A stretch of DNA of 64,000 bases, from positions 67,289-131,288 of the IMG/VR virus record IMGVR_UViG_3300031951_000034; one strand, given 5' to 3'. Within the stretch, counting starts at the first letter, position 1. Each line of letters starts with the position of its first letter. Origin of the DNA: a virus. The translations under genes were made by a program, and so were the position numbers. The notes beneath the pieces were generated by a model, which did no database searches, was not told the origin of the DNA, and was given only the letters and a program-made list of their open reading frames with translations. Shown piece by piece: positions 36,437 through 46,174 of the stretch.

Positions 36437-37461
36437 TGAAAACAAACATAAAACACTGGATCATTGATCAAATCTTAGATTCTGTAACAGAAACAAAGTA
36501 TGACAAAGTTATTTTGTCTATGGAGTCTATATGTAATAAGAAGTTTAAGGATATTTTTTACCTCCTTGACGACAATGACATGAAACGCATTGTAAACGAC
36601 TTGGCACGCAAGCAAATCTTGATCAATCAAGATTTGCTTTGGGAGGACACAATATTAAATAGCGTGTTTAATATTGGAATGTATTCTCCTGATGATATGT
36701 ATGTTCCACCAGCAGAGTATAGATCATTCAACATTGATTCTTCTAGCTCTATTGATGTTATTAGTTGTGGACCAACACCTCAAAACGTCAGTTCAGCACA
36801 TCCTATTTATACGGGTGACTTTGAAGCAGATATCGCAAGTCTTGCTAACAAATATCCACACGCTGTAATTTTAGGATGTAGTAGCGCAGCAAACGACTTA
36901 CACGAGTCAATGCTTCCAGCCTGGCAAAAATTGCTAAACGAGCATTTCGAAGATCCAAAGAAAGCTTTGGCTGATGCTATAAGTGATTATTGGGTAAATG
37001 AGATACAGGGAGATTCATGTATCGATAGAGATCAAATACTCTCCGAGTTGTTTGATTCTATTGGGTACGACTATCCATATGTTGGAGAATCTGATGAGTA
37101 TAATGACGAAGAAGAAGATATTTCGTCATACAAACACGACACTAATTGTAAAAATAATGTTGAAGAAGAATGCGAGGAAGATGACGACGATTGTTGCATA
37201 AGTAATGAATGCAGTTATAGTAGTCAAAATTCATGCCAAAAATATAATGAATCAATTAGGTTTGTTTCTGGGTATGTAGACATGGAAGATGTCATGACAC
37301 ATACCGATTCAGGTCTAATTGCTTATGTATTTTCTACTCAAAAGACAGAGACATGTAATAGCCCGATAAACAAAATTTGCTATGTAGTCAAATGGCCTAA
37401 GGACCACAATTCTACAGGAATTATTCTGTTTAATGATCCAATAACAAAGAAAAGACTGTAA
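36436..37461 (+). CDS. hypothetical protein, acidic/Cys-rich C-terminal half
   Basis: 341-aa coupled ORF. Confidence 0.55.
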   Translation: MKTNIKHWIIDQILDSVTETKYDKVILSMESICNKKFKDIFYLLDDNDMKRIVNDLARKQILINQDLLWEDTILNSVFNIGMYSPDDMYVPPAEYRSFNIDSSSSIDVISCGPTPQNVSSAHPIYTGDFEADIASLANKYPHAVILGCSSAANDLHESMLPAWQKLLNEHFEDPKKALADAISDYWVNEIQGDSCIDRDQILSELFDSIGYDYPYVGESDEYNDEEEDISSYKHDTNCKNNVEEECEEDDDDCCISNECSYSSQNSCQKYNESIRFVSGYVDMEDVMTHTDSGLIAYVFSTQKTETCNSPINKICYVVKWPKDHNSTGIILFNDPITKKRL

Positions 37462-37462
37462 A

Positions 37463-37900
37463 ATGAATATATACTCAACTTGTTATGCAAGTTTGAGTAA
37501 TACGGTTAAGAATGTTATTAACACCACTCATGTAAAACCGTGGGTGGTGTTTTTCTATTCTCCAGAGGAAGCTGGTGGCTCAATATTCTCTCCTGTCAGC
37601 ATGAGCAATATTTTTTCACTGAATAAAGAGCAGCTTTTATGTCTGGAGTGCTTCGAGTGTGATGACCCATTTCACCCTCTATGTAGACCGTTTACAAAAC
37701 AAACAGCAAATAAAATTAAGGCGTTTTTAGATCCATTTATAAATGAGAACTGTAATTTAATTGTAGCTTGCCCAATGGGCAAAATATCCTCAAGTGTTTC
37801 ACTCGGGATAAATCAAAAATACAACAACTGTAGGGTTATGTTTTACGGCAAAAACACTATAGTTAAAAGAATACAAAACTTAATGTTTTCGGAACTATGA
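37463..37900 (+). CDS. degenerate protein-tyrosine-phosphatase-like protein
   Basis: FTKQTANKIKAFL...LIVACPMGKISSSV resembles IxVHCxAGxSRSxxV but lacks the Arg. Confidence 0.35.
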   Translation: MNIYSTCYASLSNTVKNVINTTHVKPWVVFFYSPEEAGGSIFSPVSMSNIFSLNKEQLLCLECFECDDPFHPLCRPFTKQTANKIKAFLDPFINENCNLIVACPMGKISSSVSLGINQKYNNCRVMFYGKNTIVKRIQNLMFSEL

Positions 37901-38406
37901 CAAAAACAAAAGGAAATAGAATTGTCGCAGATATCACACAAATTAAACAGGGAGTTATAGCACATCCGGTTTCTTTGAATACTGAAGGTAAATATATCGG
38001 TGGATATTCATCTACGCTACGAAAGAGATTCGGTAACGAAGCTTTTAGCGGGTACGAAGCCACATGCAAAAACTACAAAAACGCTCAAAAAGAGAATAAG
38101 TCTGTATTACTTAGGAATGCGCTTGGCAGTGTAGTCGTGGACCCAACTCCAACCAATAGTAATGTATTTATTGCTCATTTATTTTGCATGGAAAACGCAG
38201 ATAACAAAAATTATACAAATTCAATGGCGGTATCTATTTGTATTGATAAACTCAGCCAAATAGCTGCTAAAAAATTTAAAGATTTTTTTGTGTATTTTCC
38301 ATACAAAATGGCATCAGGGATTTATGGGGGAAGTTGGAATATGATAGAGGAAGAGATAAATTCTAAAATAAAGAATTGTAAAATTTGTATCTTGCCTAGG
38401 TCATGA
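37897..38406 (+). CDS. macro domain protein (Poa1p-like)
   Basis: ADI...VIAHPVS, IAHLFC, VYFPYKMASGIYGGSWNMIEEEI (cf. IxxPxxIGxGLxGGxW). Confidence 0.6.
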   Translation: MTKTKGNRIVADITQIKQGVIAHPVSLNTEGKYIGGYSSTLRKRFGNEAFSGYEATCKNYKNAQKENKSVLLRNALGSVVVDPTPTNSNVFIAHLFCMENADNKNYTNSMAVSICIDKLSQIAAKKFKDFFVYFPYKMASGIYGGSWNMIEEEINSKIKNCKICILPRS

Positions 38407-39476
38407 ACTCATTGCTCGATAAACTTAGAAATAGTTATGCTCCTAAGAAAAGGCCAAAAATAGTTCAACAACCCATAAAACTCGATAAAAATAAAAACCT
38501 ACTTGATAGACTCAAGAACAGTTATATCCCTAAGAAAAAATCCCCACAGAAAAAAGCCGGAAGAATTCTACGAGAGGAAAACCAAGATTTGCCGGGAATA
38601 ATTGATCATATATATAAAAGCTCATTGACATACGATTTGCCAAGTTCCTGGCAGGAAAATAGAACAGAGAAAAGAATCATTGACCAGTTTCATTATAGAT
38701 ATCTATACCCCCTAATTAGGTATAATGCGAAAAACAAGATTACAACAATTGGCATAAGTCTGCCTTCAGATGGTTGGGTCTGGGAACAAGAATTAGCTAA
38801 AAACTTTAAAAAAATGAAAGCTAAGTTCGATTTTATAGGAGTTGAGGGGTCTAGCAATATGGATTTGTTAAAAAGATTTTTAACAAAATCATACAAATTA
38901 AATCAAGGACTTAACAATAACTTTAAAACGAGATGTTATGTTGGTCCTATGTCAAATCTATTGAATGAGATAAATTCAAAGGGATCGATAAAACTTAACT
39001 GCTTAGCAAGTAAACGGTTCTATCCAGTTGATTTTATATATGCAGACTTTATGGGGTATTGGGCTAGTCCAATTATAAATATTATTCTATCTATATTCAA
39101 TGGCCCCAGAAAAATAAAGAAAAATGGATGCTTCTTTATGACTATTTACCTAGCTAGAGGAAGCAAAGACAAAAACATTAGACTTGATACAATAGAAGCC
39201 GGAAGAAACATAAATAGAGAAATGAATCTTGGGCTAAATAATTTTAATGTTCATGACTCAAATTATATGTTGAGAGATTTACAGAAAGATAGTGTAATTC
39301 AATTATATGATTTAATTCGTGGAATAGGTGCATTTACTTGGAAGATGGCCTATAAACAAGGTATTCAATTATATGTTCATGATGTTCAAATGTATTACAA
39401 CGAATACGTAAATGAATCCGGCAGAGAAGTAAGATCTCCAATGGCTTCTTTTTACTTTACAAAACTCAACGATTAA
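38403..39476 (+). CDS. hypothetical protein, possible Rossmann/methyltransferase-like domain
   Basis: duplicated N-terminal LLD(K/R)L(R/K)NSYxPKK; FIGVE and DFIYADFMG motifs. Confidence 0.4.
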   Translation: MNSLLDKLRNSYAPKKRPKIVQQPIKLDKNKNLLDRLKNSYIPKKKSPQKKAGRILREENQDLPGIIDHIYKSSLTYDLPSSWQENRTEKRIIDQFHYRYLYPLIRYNAKNKITTIGISLPSDGWVWEQELAKNFKKMKAKFDFIGVEGSSNMDLLKRFLTKSYKLNQGLNNNFKTRCYVGPMSNLLNEINSKGSIKLNCLASKRFYPVDFIYADFMGYWASPIINIILSIFNGPRKIKKNGCFFMTIYLARGSKDKNIRLDTIEAGRNINREMNLGLNNFNVHDSNYMLRDLQKDSVIQLYDLIRGIGAFTWKMAYKQGIQLYVHDVQMYYNEYVNESGREVRSPMASFYFTKLND

Positions 39477-39641
39477 GTAGAACAAATAACCACAAGCAAA
39501 AATGGCTTCAGATAAAAGAAAAAAAATACAGCAAGAAAAACAAAAAAGGTTAGTTCAGCTAAAGAAAACTTTAGCCAGTGGAAGTAAATATGCAGAAAAA
39601 CAGAGACTCAAGAGATTGGGATCTCAGGCTTAAGTAATTTT

Positions 39642-39725
39642 GGCGCGGTGGCGAAATGGCAGACGCAAAGGACTTAAAATCCTTTGGTTATAATGACCGT
39701 GTGGGTTCGAGTCCCACCCGCGCTA
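39642..39725 (+). tRNA. trnL: tRNA-Leu(TAA)
   Basis: acceptor ggcgcgg/ccgcgct, anticodon arm aagga-cttaaaa-tcctt, long variable arm, gtggg-ttcgagt-cccac; no encoded CCA. Confidence 0.92.
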
Positions 39726-39754
39726 TTTATACAAAACAACAAACTATATTATTT

Positions 39755-40027
39755 ATGAAAAAGAAAATAGAGACAGAACAACAATTATTTGTAAGATTTA
39801 GCGAAGAAGAATCAAACGAGTTAAATATCACTCCAGGAGATAAATTTTCAGTCAAAGTAGTTGATGATGGTATTCTGCTTCAGAAATATGGAAGCATTGA
39901 GATAGATCTTTCAGAAATGTCTAATGAGGTGCTTCAGTTTCTTATCATGGAATCTTGTGATAGGGATATATCAGTAAACGAGGTTTTCGAAGATATAATC
40001 AAAAGAGGGGTAGATAAAGATGAATGA
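39755..40027 (+). CDS. AbrB/MazE-like DNA-binding protein
   Basis: LFVRFSEEESNELNITPGDKFSVKVVDDGILLQK; start moved to 39755 because the track start lies inside the tRNA. Confidence 0.6.
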   Translation: MKKKIETEQQLFVRFSEEESNELNITPGDKFSVKVVDDGILLQKYGSIEIDLSEMSNEVLQFLIMESCDRDISVNEVFEDIIKRGVDKDE

Positions 40028-40797
40028 AAACTTTAATTATACCAGATATACACCAAAGAATAAATAATGTAGACATAGCATTAAGAAATGAATACGACGA
40101 AGTAGTTTTTCTTGGTGACTGGTTTGACTCGTTTTATGAGCCTCCATTTGTTGCAAGCTTCGAAGATACGTGTGTATACCTTAGGGATCTAATTACAAAA
40201 CACAAAGATAAACATAAATTTGTTTTTCTGGTTGGTAACCATGATACCAACTATATTTATTGTAACAACAATTCCTCTACGAAAGCTTGTCCAAAGCTTT
40301 TGCCATACTATTGTTCGGGAGTTACTGGTAATAAAATAAAAAAGTTTAGAAAAATATTTTTTGATAAAGGATTGAAAGATGATTTTTTTATAAAAAACTT
40401 TAAATTGGCTCATAGGTCTCAGGGGTGGTCATTTTCACATGCAGGGATAATAATGGAACATTTTTCGTATGGATCTAACATAGATAATTTAATTGAAAAA
40501 GCTAATGATGCTTGGAAAAATTTTAGGAACTTGTCTTATAATTGTAACCACCTAGTGTCTTCAGTAGGTGCATGTAGGGGCGGAAGACAAGCAGTTGGTG
40601 GTCTTACTTGGTGTGACTGGCACAATGAGTTTTATCCTTGTAGTCATGTTGGCAAGCAAATATGTGGACACACAACTGTTAAAGAACCAGTAAGTATTGC
40701 AAAAGATACAGACCATGAGAGCTGGAACCTTGACACTATATTTCACTATGGCATCATAGAGGATGAAGTATTAAGCATTAAAAAGTATGCCGAATAA
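40024..40797 (+). CDS. calcineurin-like metallophosphoesterase
   Basis: IPDIH, FLGDWFD, LVGNHD, FSHAG, ICGHT. Confidence 0.85.
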   Translation: MKTLIIPDIHQRINNVDIALRNEYDEVVFLGDWFDSFYEPPFVASFEDTCVYLRDLITKHKDKHKFVFLVGNHDTNYIYCNNNSSTKACPKLLPYYCSGVTGNKIKKFRKIFFDKGLKDDFFIKNFKLAHRSQGWSFSHAGIIMEHFSYGSNIDNLIEKANDAWKNFRNLSYNCNHLVSSVGACRGGRQAVGGLTWCDWHNEFYPCSHVGKQICGHTTVKEPVSIAKDTDHESWNLDTIFHYGIIEDEVLSIKKYAE

Positions 40798-42049
40798 AAA
40801 TTTAATTCAATCTATTACTCAGGCATTTACATTCGCAAGGCGAATGGCACCAAAAAAACTTGTATCGATACAGAAGAATGGCCCAGAATTTGGTATAGAG
40901 TATCAAAACAAGCTAATGTTGGCGGATAGACAATTAGGCACTCTTGACTTTGCTAGACCATTTTTACTCGATGTGACTTTAATAGCTATTGGTGCTCCTG
41001 GCTGCAAAGACGTTGACGGTAATATAATTGGTGCAATTTACTTATATAAAGGCGGTAATTATGACAATATCGATAAGAACTGGAAACAGATTTATAAATT
41101 TTTATACCCGTTGACAGGCAACGAAGATAGATTGCCACTAGACGGAACAAATATAGACTTTGGAGCATCTACTACTATGACCTCTGATGGCAAGTTGTTG
41201 GTAGTAGGTGCTCCCGGCGAGAGGTCAGAGGCAGGAGACAGAACTGGAGCTGTATATATATTTTCTATCACGGAATCAAGCCATACATTAATGGCTAAGC
41301 TCACTCCAATAGACCCAGTGCCTGGTAGAGAGTTTGGTAGGTCGGTAGCAATATCGGATGATGGAAATATATTATCTGTCTGCGATAAAAAAATTAATGA
41401 TCTGTCTAAGGTTTATACATTCACTAAATCCGGTAAAGATTTTTCTAGTTGGTTTTTTACCGGAAAGAGAACCACAAGAAACGAACTTGCTACTTTTTAT
41501 AACTACAAAACAAAAATATTAAAATTGGGTAAAACTCTTCCAGACAGAATTTTTTATATGGATTCAACTGGTGGTTCTACTCCCTTTGTTTTTGTAGGCA
41601 AGGAAAATGTTAATGTTTTGGCCATGTCTCAGTCTATCGATGTAGTCTTTTGTACAAAAAACAAAATAGACAAAGAACTGAAAATTCACGGTAATTTAGA
41701 GGATCCTAATAAAACTACTTTAACTGATTGTTTTGGGCATTGCCTGTCTGGAAGTCCACCATTTTTACACAGATTGGCGGTTGGTGCCCCTGGAAAAGAT
41801 AACTCAAAGGGTTGTGTATATGTCTATGTATACAATGGCAAAAATTTTTCTTTATTTAATACCTTGGTCCCAGCCGATGCAGAGGAGGGAGATAAATTTG
41901 GTTTTTCGTGTGTTAGTTCGAGCGAGCTGGAGTCAGCCCCCTGTCATATATATGCAGTATCTACCGCTAGAAATAATGTTGGGCCAATTGAAAAAACAAG
42001 TAGTTGGTCGAATGCATATGAAGTTAAACTTGTTTCAACCAATACATAA
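40787..42049 (+). CDS. FG-GAP repeat (beta-propeller) protein
   Basis: repeated FG.S...LVVGAP...GAVY(I/V)(F/Y) blades. Confidence 0.7.
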   Translation: MPNKNLIQSITQAFTFARRMAPKKLVSIQKNGPEFGIEYQNKLMLADRQLGTLDFARPFLLDVTLIAIGAPGCKDVDGNIIGAIYLYKGGNYDNIDKNWKQIYKFLYPLTGNEDRLPLDGTNIDFGASTTMTSDGKLLVVGAPGERSEAGDRTGAVYIFSITESSHTLMAKLTPIDPVPGREFGRSVAISDDGNILSVCDKKINDLSKVYTFTKSGKDFSSWFFTGKRTTRNELATFYNYKTKILKLGKTLPDRIFYMDSTGGSTPFVFVGKENVNVLAMSQSIDVVFCTKNKIDKELKIHGNLEDPNKTTLTDCFGHCLSGSPPFLHRLAVGAPGKDNSKGCVYVYVYNGKNFSLFNTLVPADAEEGDKFGFSCVSSSELESAPCHIYAVSTARNNVGPIEKTSSWSNAYEVKLVSTNT

Positions 42050-42052
42050 ATT

Positions 42053-42361
42053 ATGCACATAGCAGAATTGATAGGAAGCGAGACTATTGATGCCAGGTTC
42101 TTGACAAACAAAGAACTTAAAATGTTAGGTTGGAGCGATAAACCTAACACAATAGGTATCGTTATTGGAGACTTTATTCTAGTTCCAGTTGTATATGGAG
42201 AAGAAGATAACGTTCCAATCTCGGACAATATTCCAGCTTTTTATGAGTTTGATTTTAATGAAGAGATAATTTATCCAATTTCAATTGGGTATTTATCAGA
42301 GGGTGGCGCTGGACCTACTCCTGGGGCAAGTGGAGCAAGCGGTGCTACTGCTATGCCGTGA
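42053..42361 (+). CDS. hypothetical protein
   Basis: 102-aa ORF ending in GPTPGASGASGATA. Confidence 0.5.
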   Translation: MHIAELIGSETIDARFLTNKELKMLGWSDKPNTIGIVIGDFILVPVVYGEEDNVPISDNIPAFYEFDFNEEIIYPISIGYLSEGGAGPTPGASGASGATAMP

Positions 42362-42406
42362 AAATTAAAATATTGTATAATACACAAAATGAAATAAATT
42401 ATAATT

Positions 42407-42640
42407 ATGAACAAATACCTTAAAACATATATCGAAAGCCTAAGTAAATTAGCTGCCCCAGACACTTCAACTCAAATCGATGAGCGTATGATGTCTTTGT
42501 CTAGCCAAAAAGCTCCAGTAAAACCACTAAAGCCAAATCTTCCCAAAAAAAATGATGGTCTTATAACCAAGATTCCAGGGCTCCCTGCTAATGCGAAGCC
42601 TAGTGAAGCTGACTTAAACGATGTCGCAGGTTATAAATAA
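42407..42640 (+). CDS. small hypothetical protein
   Basis: 77 aa; N-terminus shared with the next ORF. Confidence 0.55.
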   Translation: MNKYLKTYIESLSKLAAPDTSTQIDERMMSLSSQKAPVKPLKPNLPKKNDGLITKIPGLPANAKPSEADLNDVAGYK

Positions 42641-42649
42641 AAGTCAATT

Positions 42650-43939
42650 ATGAATAAATACGCTTCAGAATATTTCAATAGCTTATTCAGTAAAATTGCA
42701 AGACAGTTTTCTCCAGAAGTATTGGAACCTAAGAGGCGTGCGATGGGAGACCCATCGATTGGTGCACCAACAGCAGTGCAAACACAAAACCCCCTGACGC
42801 CTGCACGAAACGCCCTTACTGCCCCGTCTATAAAACCCAACGGAGCTGGCGTTGCGGTTCCCCCAGTTTCTGGAAGTGTGGCATCACCATCTAATTGGTC
42901 TAGGTTAATGATGAAGGGAGTGCCAACCAAAAATTTAGTTTCTGGTGGACTTGCTGGTGCTGGCATTGGGTTAGCCGCTGATGCGGCAATACCACAATTT
43001 TCGGGCGGGGATTATTTATCGGAAGTGGGAAACCAATTAAGAAGTTTTGGGATAGATACCGCATCTAGCGCTGCCGGTGCAGGAATTGCATCAGGTGGCG
43101 CTGGTTTACTGCCTGGGGCAATATGGGGGGCTGGAACTAATGCAGCAGGAAAGCTCATGGAAGTGGGCTATGGGTTAAACGAACTTTATAATCCTAACAG
43201 CCAACTAAACAGAGATAAAGCTGAGTCGGATGAAAGAAATAAACGATTAGACGCTCAAAATGCACTAAGAAAAAATCCCATGCCACCAGTAGCTCCGAAC
43301 AATGGAGGAAGACTTTCAGATGGCCAGTTAGCAAATATGGCTGGTGTCGGATTCGCCGGAGACTTGACCCAAAACGCAATAACTAATGCCAACCAGGCTA
43401 CTGCTCTGCCGCCAATAAACACTAATGTAAATACTAACAATGGATCTACACCTACTACTCCTACTCCTGCTGCTACACCTTCTGGGAGTGTAAGCAACGA
43501 ATACCCATCTCCGGTTCCTAGCCCGTTGCCGTCCCCGCTTCCGGCGCCTGTGCAGCCATCCACGACCACAATAGAGAGCACCCCTACTATAAGCAATACC
43601 CCCTCTACGACTGTTACGCCGCAGCAGGCAGCACCTGCAACAGTTCCTCAAACAGTCGCAAAACCACAAGCAGTGGTCAAGTCTCAATCTAAACCAAAAG
43701 CAAATACACCATTAAAGAATGTTAATTTTAAGCCTCAAACTCCTAATCCAGTATTGAAACCATCTGTTATAAAACCGAATACTGTGCAGAATAGTAGGCT
43801 TGGTGGTCCTTTAGGTACTGTTTCAAATGTTTTTGGTAGGATCGGAGACACAATGCAAAACGCGGCCAGTGGAAGACTAGGTAAGGGCGATCAATTAAGA
43901 CAAACAAGTTTATTGCCTTGGCAAAACAAAAGAAGATAA
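42650..43939 (+). CDS. Gly/Ala/Pro-rich protein, possible virion internal protein
   Basis: glycine-zipper-like GGLAGAGIGLA...GAIWGAG region and Pro/Thr-rich low complexity. Confidence 0.55.
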   Translation: MNKYASEYFNSLFSKIARQFSPEVLEPKRRAMGDPSIGAPTAVQTQNPLTPARNALTAPSIKPNGAGVAVPPVSGSVASPSNWSRLMMKGVPTKNLVSGGLAGAGIGLAADAAIPQFSGGDYLSEVGNQLRSFGIDTASSAAGAGIASGGAGLLPGAIWGAGTNAAGKLMEVGYGLNELYNPNSQLNRDKAESDERNKRLDAQNALRKNPMPPVAPNNGGRLSDGQLANMAGVGFAGDLTQNAITNANQATALPPINTNVNTNNGSTPTTPTPAATPSGSVSNEYPSPVPSPLPSPLPAPVQPSTTTIESTPTISNTPSTTVTPQQAAPATVPQTVAKPQAVVKSQSKPKANTPLKNVNFKPQTPNPVLKPSVIKPNTVQNSRLGGPLGTVSNVFGRIGDTMQNAASGRLGKGDQLRQTSLLPWQNKRR

Positions 43940-43960
43940 CGAATAAAACAAAACTTTACG

Positions 43961-43991
43961 AAAGCCCTCATATTAAATGAGGGCTTTTTTA
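43961..43991 (+). terminator. intrinsic terminator
   Basis: aaagccctcat-attaa-atgagggcttt plus T-run. Confidence 0.8.
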
Positions 43992-43998
43992 TTTAACT

Positions 43999-44352
43999 AT
44001 GAAAACAAAAAATAAGAAAAAGGGGAATGAATTCGTATATTTAGTATACTGCAATCCTGACCCGCAATTAGTTTATGGAGTATACAAATCAAAGCATGAC
44101 GCCATTAGGTACGCAATTAGTTTAATAAGATATAGAAAAGAAAAAGCAATATCAAAAGGCCAAACATTTGGTTATTATCATTTTCGTCCATTGATGCAGC
44201 CGATGCAGCTACTGTGGATGAAAGATAAAAATAATCCTAGTTATTACGACATGTGCGTTTTTACAGCTTGTTTATCTATTCCAGAAGAAAAAAACAATGA
44301 ATGGGGAGATAATGCATGTCACATTAGAGTAGTTAGAAGATTTTTAACATAA
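43999..44352 (+). CDS. hypothetical protein
   Basis: 117-aa ORF. Confidence 0.55.
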   Translation: MKTKNKKKGNEFVYLVYCNPDPQLVYGVYKSKHDAIRYAISLIRYRKEKAISKGQTFGYYHFRPLMQPMQLLWMKDKNNPSYYDMCVFTACLSIPEEKNNEWGDNACHIRVVRRFLT

Positions 44353-44452
44353 AAGTTTTTATCTTACCTCTTTGACGTTTATTTTTTACTGCAAATCAAC
44401 ATTTTAAAGAAACAAAAAATAACACTAGAAATGTTTTGACATAGACCTTTAA

Positions 44453-45091
44453 TTGAATAATCTAACCAAACAATTTATGTACAGAGTAGAAACTGGAAGC
44501 AATCAAATTTTTAGATATGACAATGTCCTAAGGCCGGATATATGCAAAGAAATCTGTGACCTTTTAATTGAATCAAAGGGTGACCACCTAACTAGTTTAA
44601 GCCAATCCGATAGGGTTCCATGGAACGATAATGATGTATGTAATTTTCGTGATATTAAAAATTTAGAGCTAAAGGCAAAAATAAATGAATACAGACATCT
44701 AGCTAAAAACTTAGCGATGGTTATATTTAAAAGTATAGTATTCATAGATTATACAGACTTGGTTGTATGGAGGACGGGAAAGGCTCAAAACAGACATAAA
44801 GATAATGGATACGTAAATGACAGTCCTCTTAGGTCTAGAAAATTTACATGTATCACATATTTAAATGATGATTTTGAAGGTGGTAGAACTTTTATAAAAA
44901 CTGAGCGTGGGGATGATTATATATCTGATCCAAGAACAGGGTCAGCTGTATTTTTTTACTCAGATGATAGATGTGAGCATGGTGTAACAAAAGTTGAGAA
45001 CGGAATAAGAATGACGCTTCCTATTTGGTTTTGCACCGATTATTCCTCAAGCGAAGAGGCAAGAGATAGTAAAATAGCTATCCAGGCTTAA
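44453..45091 (+). CDS. 2OG-Fe(II) oxygenase (prolyl-hydroxylase-like)
   Basis: HKD, TCITYLNDDFEGG, EHGVTKVENGIR; start 44453 (TTG) or 44477. Confidence 0.85.
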   Translation: MNNLTKQFMYRVETGSNQIFRYDNVLRPDICKEICDLLIESKGDHLTSLSQSDRVPWNDNDVCNFRDIKNLELKAKINEYRHLAKNLAMVIFKSIVFIDYTDLVVWRTGKAQNRHKDNGYVNDSPLRSRKFTCITYLNDDFEGGRTFIKTERGDDYISDPRTGSAVFFYSDDRCEHGVTKVENGIRMTLPIWFCTDYSSSEEARDSKIAIQA

Positions 45092-45100
45092 AAAATTTAT

Positions 45101-45175
45101 CGGAGTGTAGCTTAGCCTGGCTAGAGCGCCTGGTTTGGGACCAGGAGGTCGCGAGTTCGAATCTCGCCACTCCGA
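45101..45175 (+). tRNA. trnP: tRNA-Pro(TGG)
   Basis: cggagtg/cactccg acceptor, cctgg-tttggga-ccagg, gcgag-ttcgaat-ctcgc. Confidence 0.93.
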
Positions 45176-45192
45176 AATTAATTCATAATAAT

Positions 45193-45720
45193 ATGGAAAA
45201 CAAACAACAGGAAAACATAACAAATCAAACAATAGAAATTCCTATACAGCAAGAAAGACCTAGAGTTGAATTTATTCAACCCACAAAAATAAAACTAGGT
45301 TATTCCTTTAATAAAGAAATGGGTATAGGTGTTTTTGCTACAAAAGATATTGAGCCTGGAGAATTAATTGAAAGGTGCTACGCCGTTCAATTAGCTAACA
45401 GATCCAGGTATCAACATGACCCACAAATAAAAAGATATCTATATACAAATAGATGCGAATGCCAGCAATGCGTTATACATGGGTCTCATATGAATATGGT
45501 ATTAGGGTATGGAATGATATATAACCATCAAGACGAACCAAATACTGAATGGAATTTTAAATGGGACAAAGACTATGCAGATGTAATATGTATAAAACCT
45601 ATTAAAGCTGGAGAAGAAATATATGTTTCTTATGGTTCTAGTTACTTTAAGGAACGTGAATATTTCTCCGCAAAAGGAGAAGAATTTAAAGAAATCCAAG
45701 AAAACTTGATTGAAAATTAA
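45193..45720 (+). CDS. SET-domain protein
   Basis: GIGVFATKDIEPGELIE, GYGMIYNHQDEPN, IKAGEEIYVSYG. Confidence 0.85.
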   Translation: MENKQQENITNQTIEIPIQQERPRVEFIQPTKIKLGYSFNKEMGIGVFATKDIEPGELIERCYAVQLANRSRYQHDPQIKRYLYTNRCECQQCVIHGSHMNMVLGYGMIYNHQDEPNTEWNFKWDKDYADVICIKPIKAGEEIYVSYGSSYFKEREYFSAKGEEFKEIQENLIEN

Positions 45721-46153
45721 CATATACACCGATGGAGCGTGTTCAGGTAATCCAGGCCCAGGTGGATATTCAGCTATAGTAAAATTTGAAGACAACACCA
45801 GAAATGTATTAAGTCAGGGATACAAAAACACAACAAACAATCGAATGGAGTTGAGGGCAGCAATAGCTGCCCTTAATTCTATAGTTGAGCATAAAAAAAG
45901 TGAAGTTGTATTGTACTCAGACTCAAAATATATCACAGATGCGGTGAATCAAGGCTGGATAATAAATTGGAAAAATCGTAAACTGTCTGGAGTTAAAAAC
46001 CCTGAACTTTGGAGACAATTTATTGAGTTGATTGATCAATTTGATAAATTGTCTTTTGTATGGGTTAAAGGACACAATGGACACGAAGAAAATGAACAAT
46101 GCGATGAACTGGCAAGAAAAGCAATAAAGGGAGTCCTTTTGGACGACATTTAA
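45710..46153 (+). CDS. rnhA: ribonuclease HI
   Basis: IYTDGACSGNPGPGG, TNNRMEL, YSDSKY, WVKGHNGHEENEQCDELA. Confidence 0.93.
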   Translation: MKINIYTDGACSGNPGPGGYSAIVKFEDNTRNVLSQGYKNTTNNRMELRAAIAALNSIVEHKKSEVVLYSDSKYITDAVNQGWIINWKNRKLSGVKNPELWRQFIELIDQFDKLSFVWVKGHNGHEENEQCDELARKAIKGVLLDDI

Positions 46154-46174
46154 TTAAATATAAACAATAGATAT

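Noticed and set aside
39656-39754. Track start of ORF 39656-40027
   Set aside because: Falls inside tRNA-Leu; ATG 39755 is the plausible start.
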